A DNA stretch of 56,848 nucleotides, from positions 1 through 56,848 of the forward strand of contig CAZUKZ010000002.1 in NCBI GenBank assembly GCA_964621125.1. The letters run 5' to 3'. Source of the DNA: Candidatus Woesearchaeota archaeon (GTDB lineage: Archaea; Nanobdellota; Nanobdellia; SCGC-AAA011-G17; GW2011-AR17). Shown piece after piece: positions 48,560 through 56,847 of this stretch. The notes beneath the pieces were generated by a model. That model saw only the letters and a list, made by a program, of their open reading frames with translations, had not been told where the DNA came from and made no database searches. Numbering within the stretch: position 1 is the stretch's first letter; each line of letters begins with the position of its first letter. The position numbers were made by a program, and so were the translations under genes.

Positions 48560-48973
48560 ATGCAGAAGGCTAAAGGATCAAAGGCAGAAAGGGAGTTGTT
48601 TCATCAGCTGTGGAACAATGGGTGGGGTGCTGTAAGGATTGCCGGTTCTGGTTCTACTACAAGACCATCCCCAGACATCCTTGCAAGTAATGCATCCAGA
48701 GTGATAGCTGTAGAATGCAAGGCAATCAAAGCCAAGAATAAGTATTTTCCTGTTGAAGAGATACAACAATTGTTGGAATTTTCAGCAGCTTTTGGGGCAG
48801 AGCCGTGGGTTGGTGTGAGATTTGACAATATTGGATGGTATTTTGTGCATGCTGATGATATCCCTTCAAGTAAAGGAAAAAGTTTTAGAGTAAGCTTAGA
48901 TTTTGCCCAAAAAAGGGGGTTGAGTTTTGCAGAGTTTATCGGGAAGTATCGGCAGGAGAGATTAGAGTTTTAA
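48560..48973 (+). CDS. hjc: Holliday junction resolvase Hjc
   Basis: KGSKAERELFHQLWNNGWGAVRIAGSG..SPDILA..VIAVECK (E...D...E.K catalytic pattern). Confidence 0.85.
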   Translation: MQKAKGSKAERELFHQLWNNGWGAVRIAGSGSTTRPSPDILASNASRVIAVECKAIKAKNKYFPVEEIQQLLEFSAAFGAEPWVGVRFDNIGWYFVHADDIPSSKGKSFRVSLDFAQKRGLSFAEFIGKYRQERLEF

Positions 48974-49027
48974 TTATAATTCTCTAGGATATAAATATAT
49001 TAAAACTTTTATTCATTTGAATTAACT

Positions 49028-49366
49028 ATGGATTTTGAAGACAGGTCTAATGGGACTTTAGATGGTAAGTTAAGAGAAGATGTAGCAAAAGACCTAGAAG
49101 ATGTGGCAAAAAACTATAAGGAACTCAGGAAACGTTTTCCTAACAATGATCCCAGAATAAAAGGCGCCTTGATATACGTTGCTACACTGTTATGGAATGA
49201 TAACATCGCACATTATCTTGAGGTCTATAAGATGCTGGACAAGGAATTACCTCAGACAAACTCCGTCCCAGAGATAGCGGAGAAAATTAAGTCAGCGGCA
49301 AACACTTATACCAGAGTCGTAATGGCAGGTATGATGAATGGAACGATAGAACCTTTACAAAGATAA
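49028..49366 (+). CDS. hypothetical protein
   Basis: 112-aa helical, charged ORF. No motif recognised. Confidence 0.4.
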   Translation: MDFEDRSNGTLDGKLREDVAKDLEDVAKNYKELRKRFPNNDPRIKGALIYVATLLWNDNIAHYLEVYKMLDKELPQTNSVPEIAEKIKSAANTYTRVVMAGMMNGTIEPLQR

Positions 49367-50119
49367 GAATTCTCCAACCATCCCATTTACCTCTCTAGGC
49401 TTGTGTGCAATTACGTAATGGTCCCCCTCTTCCATGAACTTTACATTTAAACCTTTCGGAGGATCAGATGTTATAATATCATCAGTCCTTGAACGCACCA
49501 CTATATGCTCTGTTCCGTTTAAATCAAAAGAGCCAGGTTTATAAGATCTCAAGAGGCCTAACGCATTCTCCACAACATGCTTTTTTGTTGCAAGAAACGC
49601 CTTGCCATATGTGTCAAGAGGAGATGAGTAATCCCATATAGGAGTATCATCAAACATCCAACCTATCATAGCCCTAGGAGTCTTTAAAGCAAGAGATAGA
49701 TTAGTGAAAAAAGAAGCCCCTATATAATCCTGGCCGAATATAGGGTTTATACCTACAAGCTTTTCGACCTTATTAGGATATCTCTGTGCATACATCAAGG
49801 CTATCGAACCGCCAAGACTGAAACCCATTAAATAAAATTTTTTAACACCCACGTCACCTGTTATTGTATTTATATCATCCAAAAATCGTTCCAAACCATA
49901 GTATTTCTTGTCTTTCGGAGCATCAGACTTCCCGTGGCCACGCATGTCAAAAGCCAAGATGGAATAATCTTTTTTGAAATGATCAATCTGATGCTTCCAT
50001 GAATCCAAGCCCATTGCAAACCCATGGAGCAATACCAATACCGGCTTACTATTATCATAAAACTCATAATACAACTTAATCCCATCTGTACACAATACCT
50101 TTTTTTTAGTTGTAGCCAT
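49355..50119 (-). CDS. alpha/beta hydrolase
   Basis: VLVLLHGFAMGLDSW and the nucleophile elbow MGFSLGG. Confidence 0.75.
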   Translation of the reverse strand: MATTKKKVLCTDGIKLYYEFYDNSKPVLVLLHGFAMGLDSWKHQIDHFKKDYSILAFDMRGHGKSDAPKDKKYYGLERFLDDINTITGDVGVKKFYLMGFSLGGSIALMYAQRYPNKVEKLVGINPIFGQDYIGASFFTNLSLALKTPRAMIGWMFDDTPIWDYSSPLDTYGKAFLATKKHVVENALGLLRSYKPGSFDLNGTEHIVVRSRTDDIITSDPPKGLNVKFMEEGDHYVIAHKPREVNGMVGEFLSL

Positions 50120-50153
50120 CTAGCCCTTGGTTTAAAGCATCAATTTATAAAAC

Positions 50154-51071
50154 TTATGAACGCTTAAGCTTCTCGATAAACTGGCAGGCCTTACACTTAT
50201 CCTGAGCACAAGGTTCTCCACATACCTTACAGACCCTTAGTTTCCCTTTACCCTTAAAGGCCTTCTTTAATAAAGGCAATACATCCAAAAAAGAAGAGAT
50301 TATAGAATATTGTGTGCCCGGATGCTTCTGTTCAAAATTATTAAGCATGTCTCTTATTTCAGACCTATAAGCTAAGGATGCGTAAGGACATTCGACAAAC
50401 TTGCCCACAAAACCTTTAAGAAAAGCGTAAACCATGACTTCCTTCTCTGACATCTGGTACAATGGCTTTATTCTCCTTACGAAATGCTGAGATTTTATTA
50501 CACCTGTGATAGGGCCTAACCTTGCAGAAGTCTCCATGTTACTCTTGAACTGATTCATTATTATTGCTTGCGCCTCATCATTCAAGTTATGGCCTGTTAC
50601 TAGCTTCTTTACTTTTAATTCTTTGGCTTTCTTGTTCAAAAGATACCTTCTGAAGACACCGCAAACTGTACAAGGTTTCAGTTTAAGCTTCTTGACCATC
50701 TGATCCAAGGTGTAACCAAACTCTTCCTTGAAAGAATAAATCTTTAATTCAACACCAAGATCTTCACAGACCCTTTTAGCATCTTTTGTAGAGAATTCCC
50801 TGTATCCCTTAATACCTTCATCTATGAGTATTGCAACAAGTTCCAAATACCTATGCTTTTTAGCTATATTGTTCAAAATATTCAAAACTGTCAATGAATC
50901 CTTCCCCCCAGAGACGCCCACAGCGACCTTATCCTTCTTATCCAACAACTTAAAGTCCCTTATAGTTTTCCTTACTTTCTTCTCAAAATAACGAATAAAA
51001 CAGGACTTACATAGCTTGACACCCGAGTTCAAGGTTAGTACTGGCTTCAATTTACAGATTTTGCATGGCAT
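50154..51071 (-). CDS. tRNA 2-thiolation PP-loop ATPase, TtuA/NcsA (Ncs6) family
   Basis: N-terminal zinc finger CKICK..CKSC. PP-loop VGVSGGKDS. Cluster Cys CTVCG...CPYA. GHNLNDEAQ. C-terminal CKVCGEPC..CKAC. Confidence 0.8.
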   Translation of the reverse strand: MPCKICKLKPVLTLNSGVKLCKSCFIRYFEKKVRKTIRDFKLLDKKDKVAVGVSGGKDSLTVLNILNNIAKKHRYLELVAILIDEGIKGYREFSTKDAKRVCEDLGVELKIYSFKEEFGYTLDQMVKKLKLKPCTVCGVFRRYLLNKKAKELKVKKLVTGHNLNDEAQAIIMNQFKSNMETSARLGPITGVIKSQHFVRRIKPLYQMSEKEVMVYAFLKGFVGKFVECPYASLAYRSEIRDMLNNFEQKHPGTQYSIISSFLDVLPLLKKAFKGKGKLRVCKVCGEPCAQDKCKACQFIEKLKRS

Positions 51072-51128
51072 ATTAAATCTGAATCACAATAAAGCTTATT
51101 AAGGTTTTTGTTTAATCAAGGATTGAAA

Positions 51129-51671
51129 ATGGGTGAAGATGAAAAGAAAGATAAAATCAATTATAAGGAACAATACCAATTAAGTCCACGGCTGAAAAAA
51201 CTTGAAGCCATAGTCATAGGCGCTGTGAAGAGCATAGCTGATAAAAGGAAGGACAATAACATGGAACCCAATGACGGCATTCTTGTGGTTTTTGGAGATT
51301 TCTATCCCAGTTGTCCAATCGCTACAGAATTTGAAGGGGGAAATAGCCTTAAGGGTACATATATGACTGTAGAGAACGATGATTTTCCAGGTACCTTGGA
51401 GATGTGCATAACTGATGACATTGATGGAGCAGTAATTGTGGATCGTACTGGGCAGGTCCTAGGAACAGGAGCCTACATCAAAGTAGAAGATTCCTCTTTC
51501 TCATCCAGTGTTAATGGGACGAGACACCTTGCCGCCATCAGTTGTACAACATATGACGAAGTGATGTTCACTGTGGCCTTGAGTAAGAGCACAAACAAAG
51601 TTTCTGTGTACAAGGATGGGGAAAGAGTTGAACTATATGATCCTACTGATACCAATGGTGAAGATGACTAA
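51129..51671 (+). CDS. minimal DAC (diadenylate cyclase)-domain protein with RHR->RHL substitution
   Basis: GILVVFGD, DGAVIVDRTGQVLGTGAYI and GTRHLAAISCT...VALSKSTNKVSVYKDGE follow the CdaA/DisA_N pattern. ATG at 51129; the ORF is open from TTG 51108. Confidence 0.55.
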   Translation: MGEDEKKDKINYKEQYQLSPRLKKLEAIVIGAVKSIADKRKDNNMEPNDGILVVFGDFYPSCPIATEFEGGNSLKGTYMTVENDDFPGTLEMCITDDIDGAVIVDRTGQVLGTGAYIKVEDSSFSSSVNGTRHLAAISCTTYDEVMFTVALSKSTNKVSVYKDGERVELYDPTDTNGEDD

Positions 51672-51859
51672 CCACCAGAGATAACTGATAGAATTTTTAT
51701 CGTATCTTTCTCTTTTAGTTTTTCATCTTCTGTTACAACTTCATCATTCCTTACTACAATTACTGTCTCAGAATTTATGTTTAAACTACTTAAAATATCT
51801 TTTACCTTTCCAGGCTTGACTATCCTAGACTTATTCTCTGATTCTATGTAGATTTTCAT
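51668..51859 (-). CDS. ThiS/MoaD-family ubiquitin-like sulfur carrier (C-terminal GG)
   Basis: 63 aa, beta-grasp-like, ending in ...ILSVISGG directly before the stop. Confidence 0.75.
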   Translation of the reverse strand: MKIYIESENKSRIVKPGKVKDILSSLNINSETVIVVRNDEVVTEDEKLKEKDTIKILSVISGG

Positions 51860-51923
51860 TTTATTTTTGATAATATGTAGTAACCTAAAAGGCTTTTGGT
51901 CTTTCTACTGAAAGGCCAAACCA

Positions 51924-52550
51924 TCATGCCTCCTCCACCGAACCAGCCTCAATTTTAACAATATCATCCATCCCAACCTTATCCTCCTCATCCTCAATTA
52001 CCTTCAGCCTTGACCTTGTTGCAGGGTTTGGTGGTACAGCAGAACAGCACATGCCTGCACTAATAGAAGTGTCAAAAGTCCCTATCTCCTTAGCTATATT
52101 GATAATCTCCTGCTTATCATAACCCAACAAAGGCCTTAAGATAGTCATTTTAACAGCCTGGTCAGAAACTGTCAAATTCTTTAACGTCTGTGAAGCCACC
52201 TGTGACAAGTTTTCACCTGTAACTAAAAAATCACATCCTTCCTTCAAGGCAACTCTTTCTGCAACCTTAAACATTGAACGTCGACATAAAACACATTGGA
52301 ATCTCCTATTAGACTTTCTAATAATCTCAACCTGTGAAGGCCCATGCTTTGATACAAGAAGTTTCACCTTTTTACCCACCAATTCAGAAAGCCTTAAAAC
52401 AAGTGCTTGAACTTTCCCTAATGACAAATCATTAACCAATGGCTGGTTATCAAAGTGCAAACAAACAATCTCTACATCTTTCTTAACCATTAAATATCCT
52501 GCAACCGGAGAATCTATTCCTGCTGACAATAACAATAAGCCTTTACGCAT
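51924..52550 (-). CDS. thiI: ThiI-like PP-loop sulfurtransferase lacking NFLD/THUMP domains
   Basis: LLLLSAGIDSPVAGYLM, QCVLCRRSMF, LVTGENLSQVASQTLKNL, ILRPLLGYDKQEI and MCCSAVPPNPAT. Start at ATG 52550 (ATGCGTAA overlap with the upstream ORF). Confidence 0.75.
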   Translation of the reverse strand: MRKGLLLLSAGIDSPVAGYLMVKKDVEIVCLHFDNQPLVNDLSLGKVQALVLRLSELVGKKVKLLVSKHGPSQVEIIRKSNRRFQCVLCRRSMFKVAERVALKEGCDFLVTGENLSQVASQTLKNLTVSDQAVKMTILRPLLGYDKQEIINIAKEIGTFDTSISAGMCCSAVPPNPATRSRLKVIEDEEDKVGMDDIVKIEAGSVEEA

Positions 52551-52788
52551 TCTCAAATATCTCCTTAGCAATTTCATCCATCTTCTTTTCATCCTTACAA
52601 TTTTTGAACAACAGGTCACTGTGCCTATGGACTATTACCTCAATCCCATCTACCTTCAAAACCATAACATGGGGAGTGTCAACTATTACATCAAACTTAG
52701 ATTTTAATTTAGAAAAATCCAATCTCCTGGGTTTGTTTAGCTTTGCACTGAACGCACCTTTGCCCTTGCATCTTGCTATTTTAAACAT
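52543..52788 (-). CDS. small protein homologous to the C-terminal domain of the adjacent ThiF/MoeB-like E1
   Basis: LDFSKLKSKF...EVIVHRHSDLLFKNCKDEKKMDEIAKEIF aligns with FDFEKVKQRL...ELIIFNGRVLIKAITESEARSLYSKFIG of ORF 53614..54561. Confidence 0.5.
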   Translation of the reverse strand: MFKIARCKGKGAFSAKLNKPRRLDFSKLKSKFDVIVDTPHVMVLKVDGIEVIVHRHSDLLFKNCKDEKKMDEIAKEIFENA

Positions 52789-52859
52789 TATAAGGCGCAA
52801 GAAACAAAAACTATTTAAAAAGCTTCCCCTTATTGAATATTGATTAAAAGAGGCTAAAA

Positions 52860-53627
52860 ATGAAAAGAATCCTTACTGCACTAACAGCATTATCTGCAAT
52901 ACCTTCAGCCTTAGCTACTAGTCCAGCTGACCAAGGGATGAACATAGTCTCAATGCTTTTTGGAACAGTGAGCACAGGCGAAGAAGCTTTGGTGAAAGTG
53001 GCATTGTTTGTCTTGGTGTTAATTGCTGTGTATTCTGGAGCAGCAACAGCCTTCAGTGCGGGCGGGGGAGGAGGCAAGGCATCAGCAGTCACTGTCTCTA
53101 TTATCGTTGCATGGATAGCAACGAGGTTCATGCCACAAGAGTGGGTCTTAAGCTTAGGTTCTATAATAACTGCCTTAGTATTCTTCATAGTACCATACTT
53201 TCTTATAAGCAAACTTATGGGAGGGTGGGGCAGGGTAAGGTGGATTGTGTTGATAGCGACCTACATAGGTTTAGCGTTGTTGATCTTTGGTGGGAGCTCA
53301 CTGTTTATACAAACTGGGTCAGCATATGAGGTCCTTGATGATTTAGCATGGTATCTATGGTATTCGTGGGCTGGTGGGATGCCTTCATGGATAATAGGGG
53401 GAGTACTTGTTCTAGCCCAAACTGGCGTTATTATATTCATCAGAAGATTTCCTTTACTAGCACAGATTCCGTTGGTTGGAGGAATGCTATTTCTATTCAA
53501 TGAGCTCTGGTCAAGTTTAGGCAAAGAATCATATTTAGGAAATATCATAATGATTGTTGTAGGTTTAGTCTTCCTAGTGAGCATGGCACTTAGATTAATG
53601 CCTCAAAGACCGGCTAATCCCCAATGA
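52860..53627 (+). CDS. polytopic membrane protein, unknown function
   Basis: Signal-like N-terminus (ALSAIPSALATSPA), a GGGGG loop and about 6 TM helices rich in G, W and Y. I prefer it over the antisense ORFs 52844..53212 and 53261..53584. Confidence 0.55.
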   Translation: MKRILTALTALSAIPSALATSPADQGMNIVSMLFGTVSTGEEALVKVALFVLVLIAVYSGAATAFSAGGGGGKASAVTVSIIVAWIATRFMPQEWVLSLGSIITALVFFIVPYFLISKLMGGWGRVRWIVLIATYIGLALLIFGGSSLFIQTGSAYEVLDDLAWYLWYSWAGGMPSWIIGGVLVLAQTGVIIFIRRFPLLAQIPLVGGMLFLFNELWSSLGKESYLGNIIMIVVGLVFLVSMALRLMPQRPANPQ

Positions 53628-54561
53628 ATTTAGAATAAAGACTTCTCGCTTCTGATTCTGTTATTGCCTTGATAAGAACTCTTCCATTGAAAATGATAAG
53701 TTCCTTGAACTTGAAGAATTCATCATAATCCTCTATCTCTCCAACTCCTCTAAGACGTTGTTTTACTTTCTCAAAATCAAAATTGCCCTTGATTTGATAC
53801 TGCCCAGAACCACACAACCTAACTACAGAGTCCGACTTTCCTTCTAGATACTCAAACCTACCCGAACATACAGGACATGCAGAGTTTCTCTTTACTTTCA
53901 ACTTAGATAATTTCAAATCCCATAAATCAAAATGAATTAAAGTAGGGTTGAATTTTACTTTTAAGATAATCTTCAAAGCGTAAGTCACCTGGAAAGCAAC
54001 CAAAGCATGAGGGGTAGTGTTCAGAATTCCGACAGTTTCACATGTTTCCAAACCTTGAGCCTCCTGGAATACGCATCTGAAACAGAAATTATCATCAGGC
54101 ATCACAGGCAGGACCATCCCTTTGGCACCTATGACAGAACAGAATACTACAGGGATTTTATTCTTTCTACAATATTCATTGATTAAGAACCTAGTCTGTA
54201 AGTTATCTGTACAATCAAGAACCAAATCAGCATCCAAAATGTTAACATTCTCAAAATCTAAGTCGATAACCATAACATTTATTTTAATCTGAGAATTTAT
54301 CTTCCCTAAAACATCTTTTGCAGCCAAAGCCTTAGCCTTGCCAACATCCCCTTCTGAGAACAATGACTGACGCTGGAGGTTGCTCATTTCCACTAAATCA
54401 CGGTCAACCAGTGTGACCTTTCCTACACCAGCCCTTACAAGAAGCTCTGCTGCAACACTACCCAATGCACCACATCCCACCACTATAACGTGTGAATTTG
54501 TAAGCTTCAACTGGCCTTCCTTGCCAACCTTATCGAATGTTATCTGTCTTGAATATCTCAT
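53614..54561 (-). CDS. ThiF/MoeB/UbaA-type E1-like adenylyltransferase with extra C-terminal domain
   Basis: YSRQITF, VVGCGALGS, NLQRQ, CxxC pairs (CFRC, CPVC) and ETCETVGIL. Start at ATG 54561; alternative ATGs at 54570 and 54582. Confidence 0.8.
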   Translation of the reverse strand: MRYSRQITFDKVGKEGQLKLTNSHVIVVGCGALGSVAAELLVRAGVGKVTLVDRDLVEMSNLQRQSLFSEGDVGKAKALAAKDVLGKINSQIKINVMVIDLDFENVNILDADLVLDCTDNLQTRFLINEYCRKNKIPVVFCSVIGAKGMVLPVMPDDNFCFRCVFQEAQGLETCETVGILNTTPHALVAFQVTYALKIILKVKFNPTLIHFDLWDLKLSKLKVKRNSACPVCSGRFEYLEGKSDSVVRLCGSGQYQIKGNFDFEKVKQRLRGVGEIEDYDEFFKFKELIIFNGRVLIKAITESEARSLYSKFIGD

Positions 54562-54620
54562 TTTAAGCATGAAAAACAGCAAATATTATAAAACTGTTTG
54601 CATTTTATTATATACTGCCC

Positions 54621-56549
54621 ATGAATATAAAGACTGTTCTTAAATTAATACAGAAAAACACCCCTGGATCTGATTTTGAACTTGTAAGTAAAGCGTATTC
54701 TTATGCAGAAAAGATGCACAAAACCCAAAAAAGGGTCTCTGGGGAGGAATATATCCAGCATCCATTACATGTAGCATACATTTTAGCATCACGTAATCTT
54801 GACTCAACCACTATAGCTGCTGCACTACTGCACGACAGTGTAGAAGATACAGCAATAACACTTGACGATCTTAAAAAAGAATTTGGGGCAGAAATAGCTG
54901 CAATTGTTGATGGTGTGACAAAAATAACTGAACTTAAGAAGAAAAGCACAGAAGCGTACCATGCTGAAAGCCTAAGAAAGATAATACTCGCAACAACAAA
55001 CGATATGAGAGTCATCTTCATAAAATTGGCTGACAAATTGCATAACATGAGGACATTAGGGCATCTCAGGAAAGATAAACGGAAAAGAATAGCAAGAGAA
55101 GTTATGGACATATATGCGCCCATTGCCTATAAATTAGGTATGGCCAACCTTAAATGGGAATTAGAGGATATTGCATTCAAATACCTCGAAGAGGAGGTAT
55201 ACAAGGAGCTTGAAACAAAAATCCAAAAAAGTAGAGCACAAAGAGAAAAGGAAATCGCTAAGATAAAGGCTCTTCTTGAAAAAATCCTAAAACAGAACAA
55301 GGTCAATGTACAAGTCACAGGTAGACCTAAGCATATCTATAGTGTCCACAAAAAAATGCTTAAGAAAAACTGCTCATTTGAAGAGATCTTTGACTTGGCA
55401 GCATTAAGAGTTATAACTAAAAAAGTGAAGGAATGCTATACTGTATTGGGAATTATCCATAACTCGTGGAAACCTATACCAAAAGAATTTGATGACTACA
55501 TAGCAATGCCTAAATCAAACATGTACCAATCCCTTCACACTGTGGTTATCGGACCAACTGGACAACCTATCGAGGTTCAGATCAGGACAGAAGAAATGCA
55601 TAAGACTGCAGAAGAGGGAATAGCTGCGCACTGGCAATACAAAGGAGTTTATGGAGATCGAAAGTTTGATACTAAACTTAGCTGGCTAAGGCAGATTTTA
55701 GACTGGCAGAGAGACTCAAAGGATTCAAAAGAATTCTTGGAAATGCTGCATATAGATTTCTTTGAGGATGAGATATTCGCTTTCACACCTAAAGGTCAAG
55801 TCATAGAACTTCCGAAAGGTGCGTGTGTCATAGATTTTGCTTATGCTATCCATACTAATCTAGGAGAACAAAGCACAGGGGCAAAAATAAATGGGAAATT
55901 TGTACCATTGAGGACACTTGTCAAAAATGGAGATGTTATTGATGTAGTCACATCAAAGAATAGAAAGCCTTCAAGAGACTGGTTAAAACTTGTTGTAACA
56001 TCAAAAGCAAAAAGCAAGATCAAACAATTCATTAGGGCTACCCAAGATATACCTGTAAGGACAGTACGAAAGATCAAAGAAGAGAAAAAAGAACTTGAGG
56101 AATGGATCATAAATGTAGAGAACATGAAGGATCCCGAACTAAAAATCTCCCAATGCTGCAAGCCATTGCCTGGCGATCCAATTGTCGCGTATTCCACAAA
56201 GACAAACAAAGCAATAATACATAAGACCAGCTGCTTCAATGTGACACGATTAAAAGATGGTATTAGAAGAAAGAAAACAAAAGCACATTGGATAGACCAT
56301 ATAAGTTCTGTAATAGACCTTAAAGTTGAAGCTGTGAATAGAGTAGGATTATTTGCTGAAATACTTAATACACTTGTCAATGTACAGACTAAAATTAATC
56401 ATGCTGGAGCAAAATCTATACAGAATGAAAATGTTGAGTGTAGTTTCAAAATCGAAAGCAAGGGTATTAATCACATACAAGATCTTATCAGAAGGATTAA
56501 AAAGTTAAAAGATGTCAAGAAGGTCTATATCGGAAACTTAAGTAAGTAA
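54621..56549 (+). CDS. long RelA/SpoT homolog ((p)ppGpp synthetase/hydrolase; HD + synthetase + TGS + zinc-finger + ACT/RRM)
   Basis: HD hydrolase motifs HPLHVAYILA and LLHDSVEDT. Synthetase motifs RPKHIYSVHKKM, EFDDYIAMPKSNMYQSLHT and EVQIRTEEMH. TGS domain IFAFTPKGQVIELPKGA. CCKPLPGD..HKTSC. ACT-like VNRVGLFAEILN. Confidence 0.85.
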   Translation: MNIKTVLKLIQKNTPGSDFELVSKAYSYAEKMHKTQKRVSGEEYIQHPLHVAYILASRNLDSTTIAAALLHDSVEDTAITLDDLKKEFGAEIAAIVDGVTKITELKKKSTEAYHAESLRKIILATTNDMRVIFIKLADKLHNMRTLGHLRKDKRKRIAREVMDIYAPIAYKLGMANLKWELEDIAFKYLEEEVYKELETKIQKSRAQREKEIAKIKALLEKILKQNKVNVQVTGRPKHIYSVHKKMLKKNCSFEEIFDLAALRVITKKVKECYTVLGIIHNSWKPIPKEFDDYIAMPKSNMYQSLHTVVIGPTGQPIEVQIRTEEMHKTAEEGIAAHWQYKGVYGDRKFDTKLSWLRQILDWQRDSKDSKEFLEMLHIDFFEDEIFAFTPKGQVIELPKGACVIDFAYAIHTNLGEQSTGAKINGKFVPLRTLVKNGDVIDVVTSKNRKPSRDWLKLVVTSKAKSKIKQFIRATQDIPVRTVRKIKEEKKELEEWIINVENMKDPELKISQCCKPLPGDPIVAYSTKTNKAIIHKTSCFNVTRLKDGIRRKKTKAHWIDHISSVIDLKVEAVNRVGLFAEILNTLVNVQTKINHAGAKSIQNENVECSFKIESKGINHIQDLIRRIKKLKDVKKVYIGNLSK

Positions 56550-56553
56550 GATC

Positions 56554-56847
56554 TTATAATGTTGATACGTTGAGTTTTTTGAGTAATGTGTTAAGTTTGT
56601 ATACAGGAAGACCAACGACATTGAAATAACAACCGTTTATTTTTTCTACAAAAATAGCACCCTTGCCCTGGATTGCAAAAGCTCCTGCCTTATCCATAGG
56701 CTCACCAGTATCTACATATGCTTGTATCTCTTCTTCAGACATATCCTTCATTTTAACATCAGTTATCTCAGAGTCTTGAATACACCGGTTATTCTCTACA
56801 TCAAAGACAGCCATGCCAGTCATTACCTTCACCATATTACCACTTAT
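56554..56847 (-). CDS. maf: Maf-family nucleoside triphosphate pyrophosphatase, C-terminal part (gene start lies beyond the window end)
   Basis: SGNMVKVMTGMAVF...GEPMDKAGAFAIQGKGAIFVEKINGCYFNVVGLP. The frame is open to the window edge. Confidence 0.75.
   Translation of the reverse strand: MSGNMVKVMTGMAVFDVENNRCIQDSEITDVKMKDMSEEEIQAYVDTGEPMDKAGAFAIQGKGAIFVEKINGCYFNVVGLPVYKLNTLLKKLNVSTL

Noticed and set aside
52844-53584. Minus-strand ORFs 52844..53212 and 53261..53584
   Set aside because: They compete with the 255-aa plus-strand ORF, which has a signal-like N-terminus and regular TM helices. The minus-strand products are compositionally odd (PPPPP, T/A/N-rich) and fragmented.
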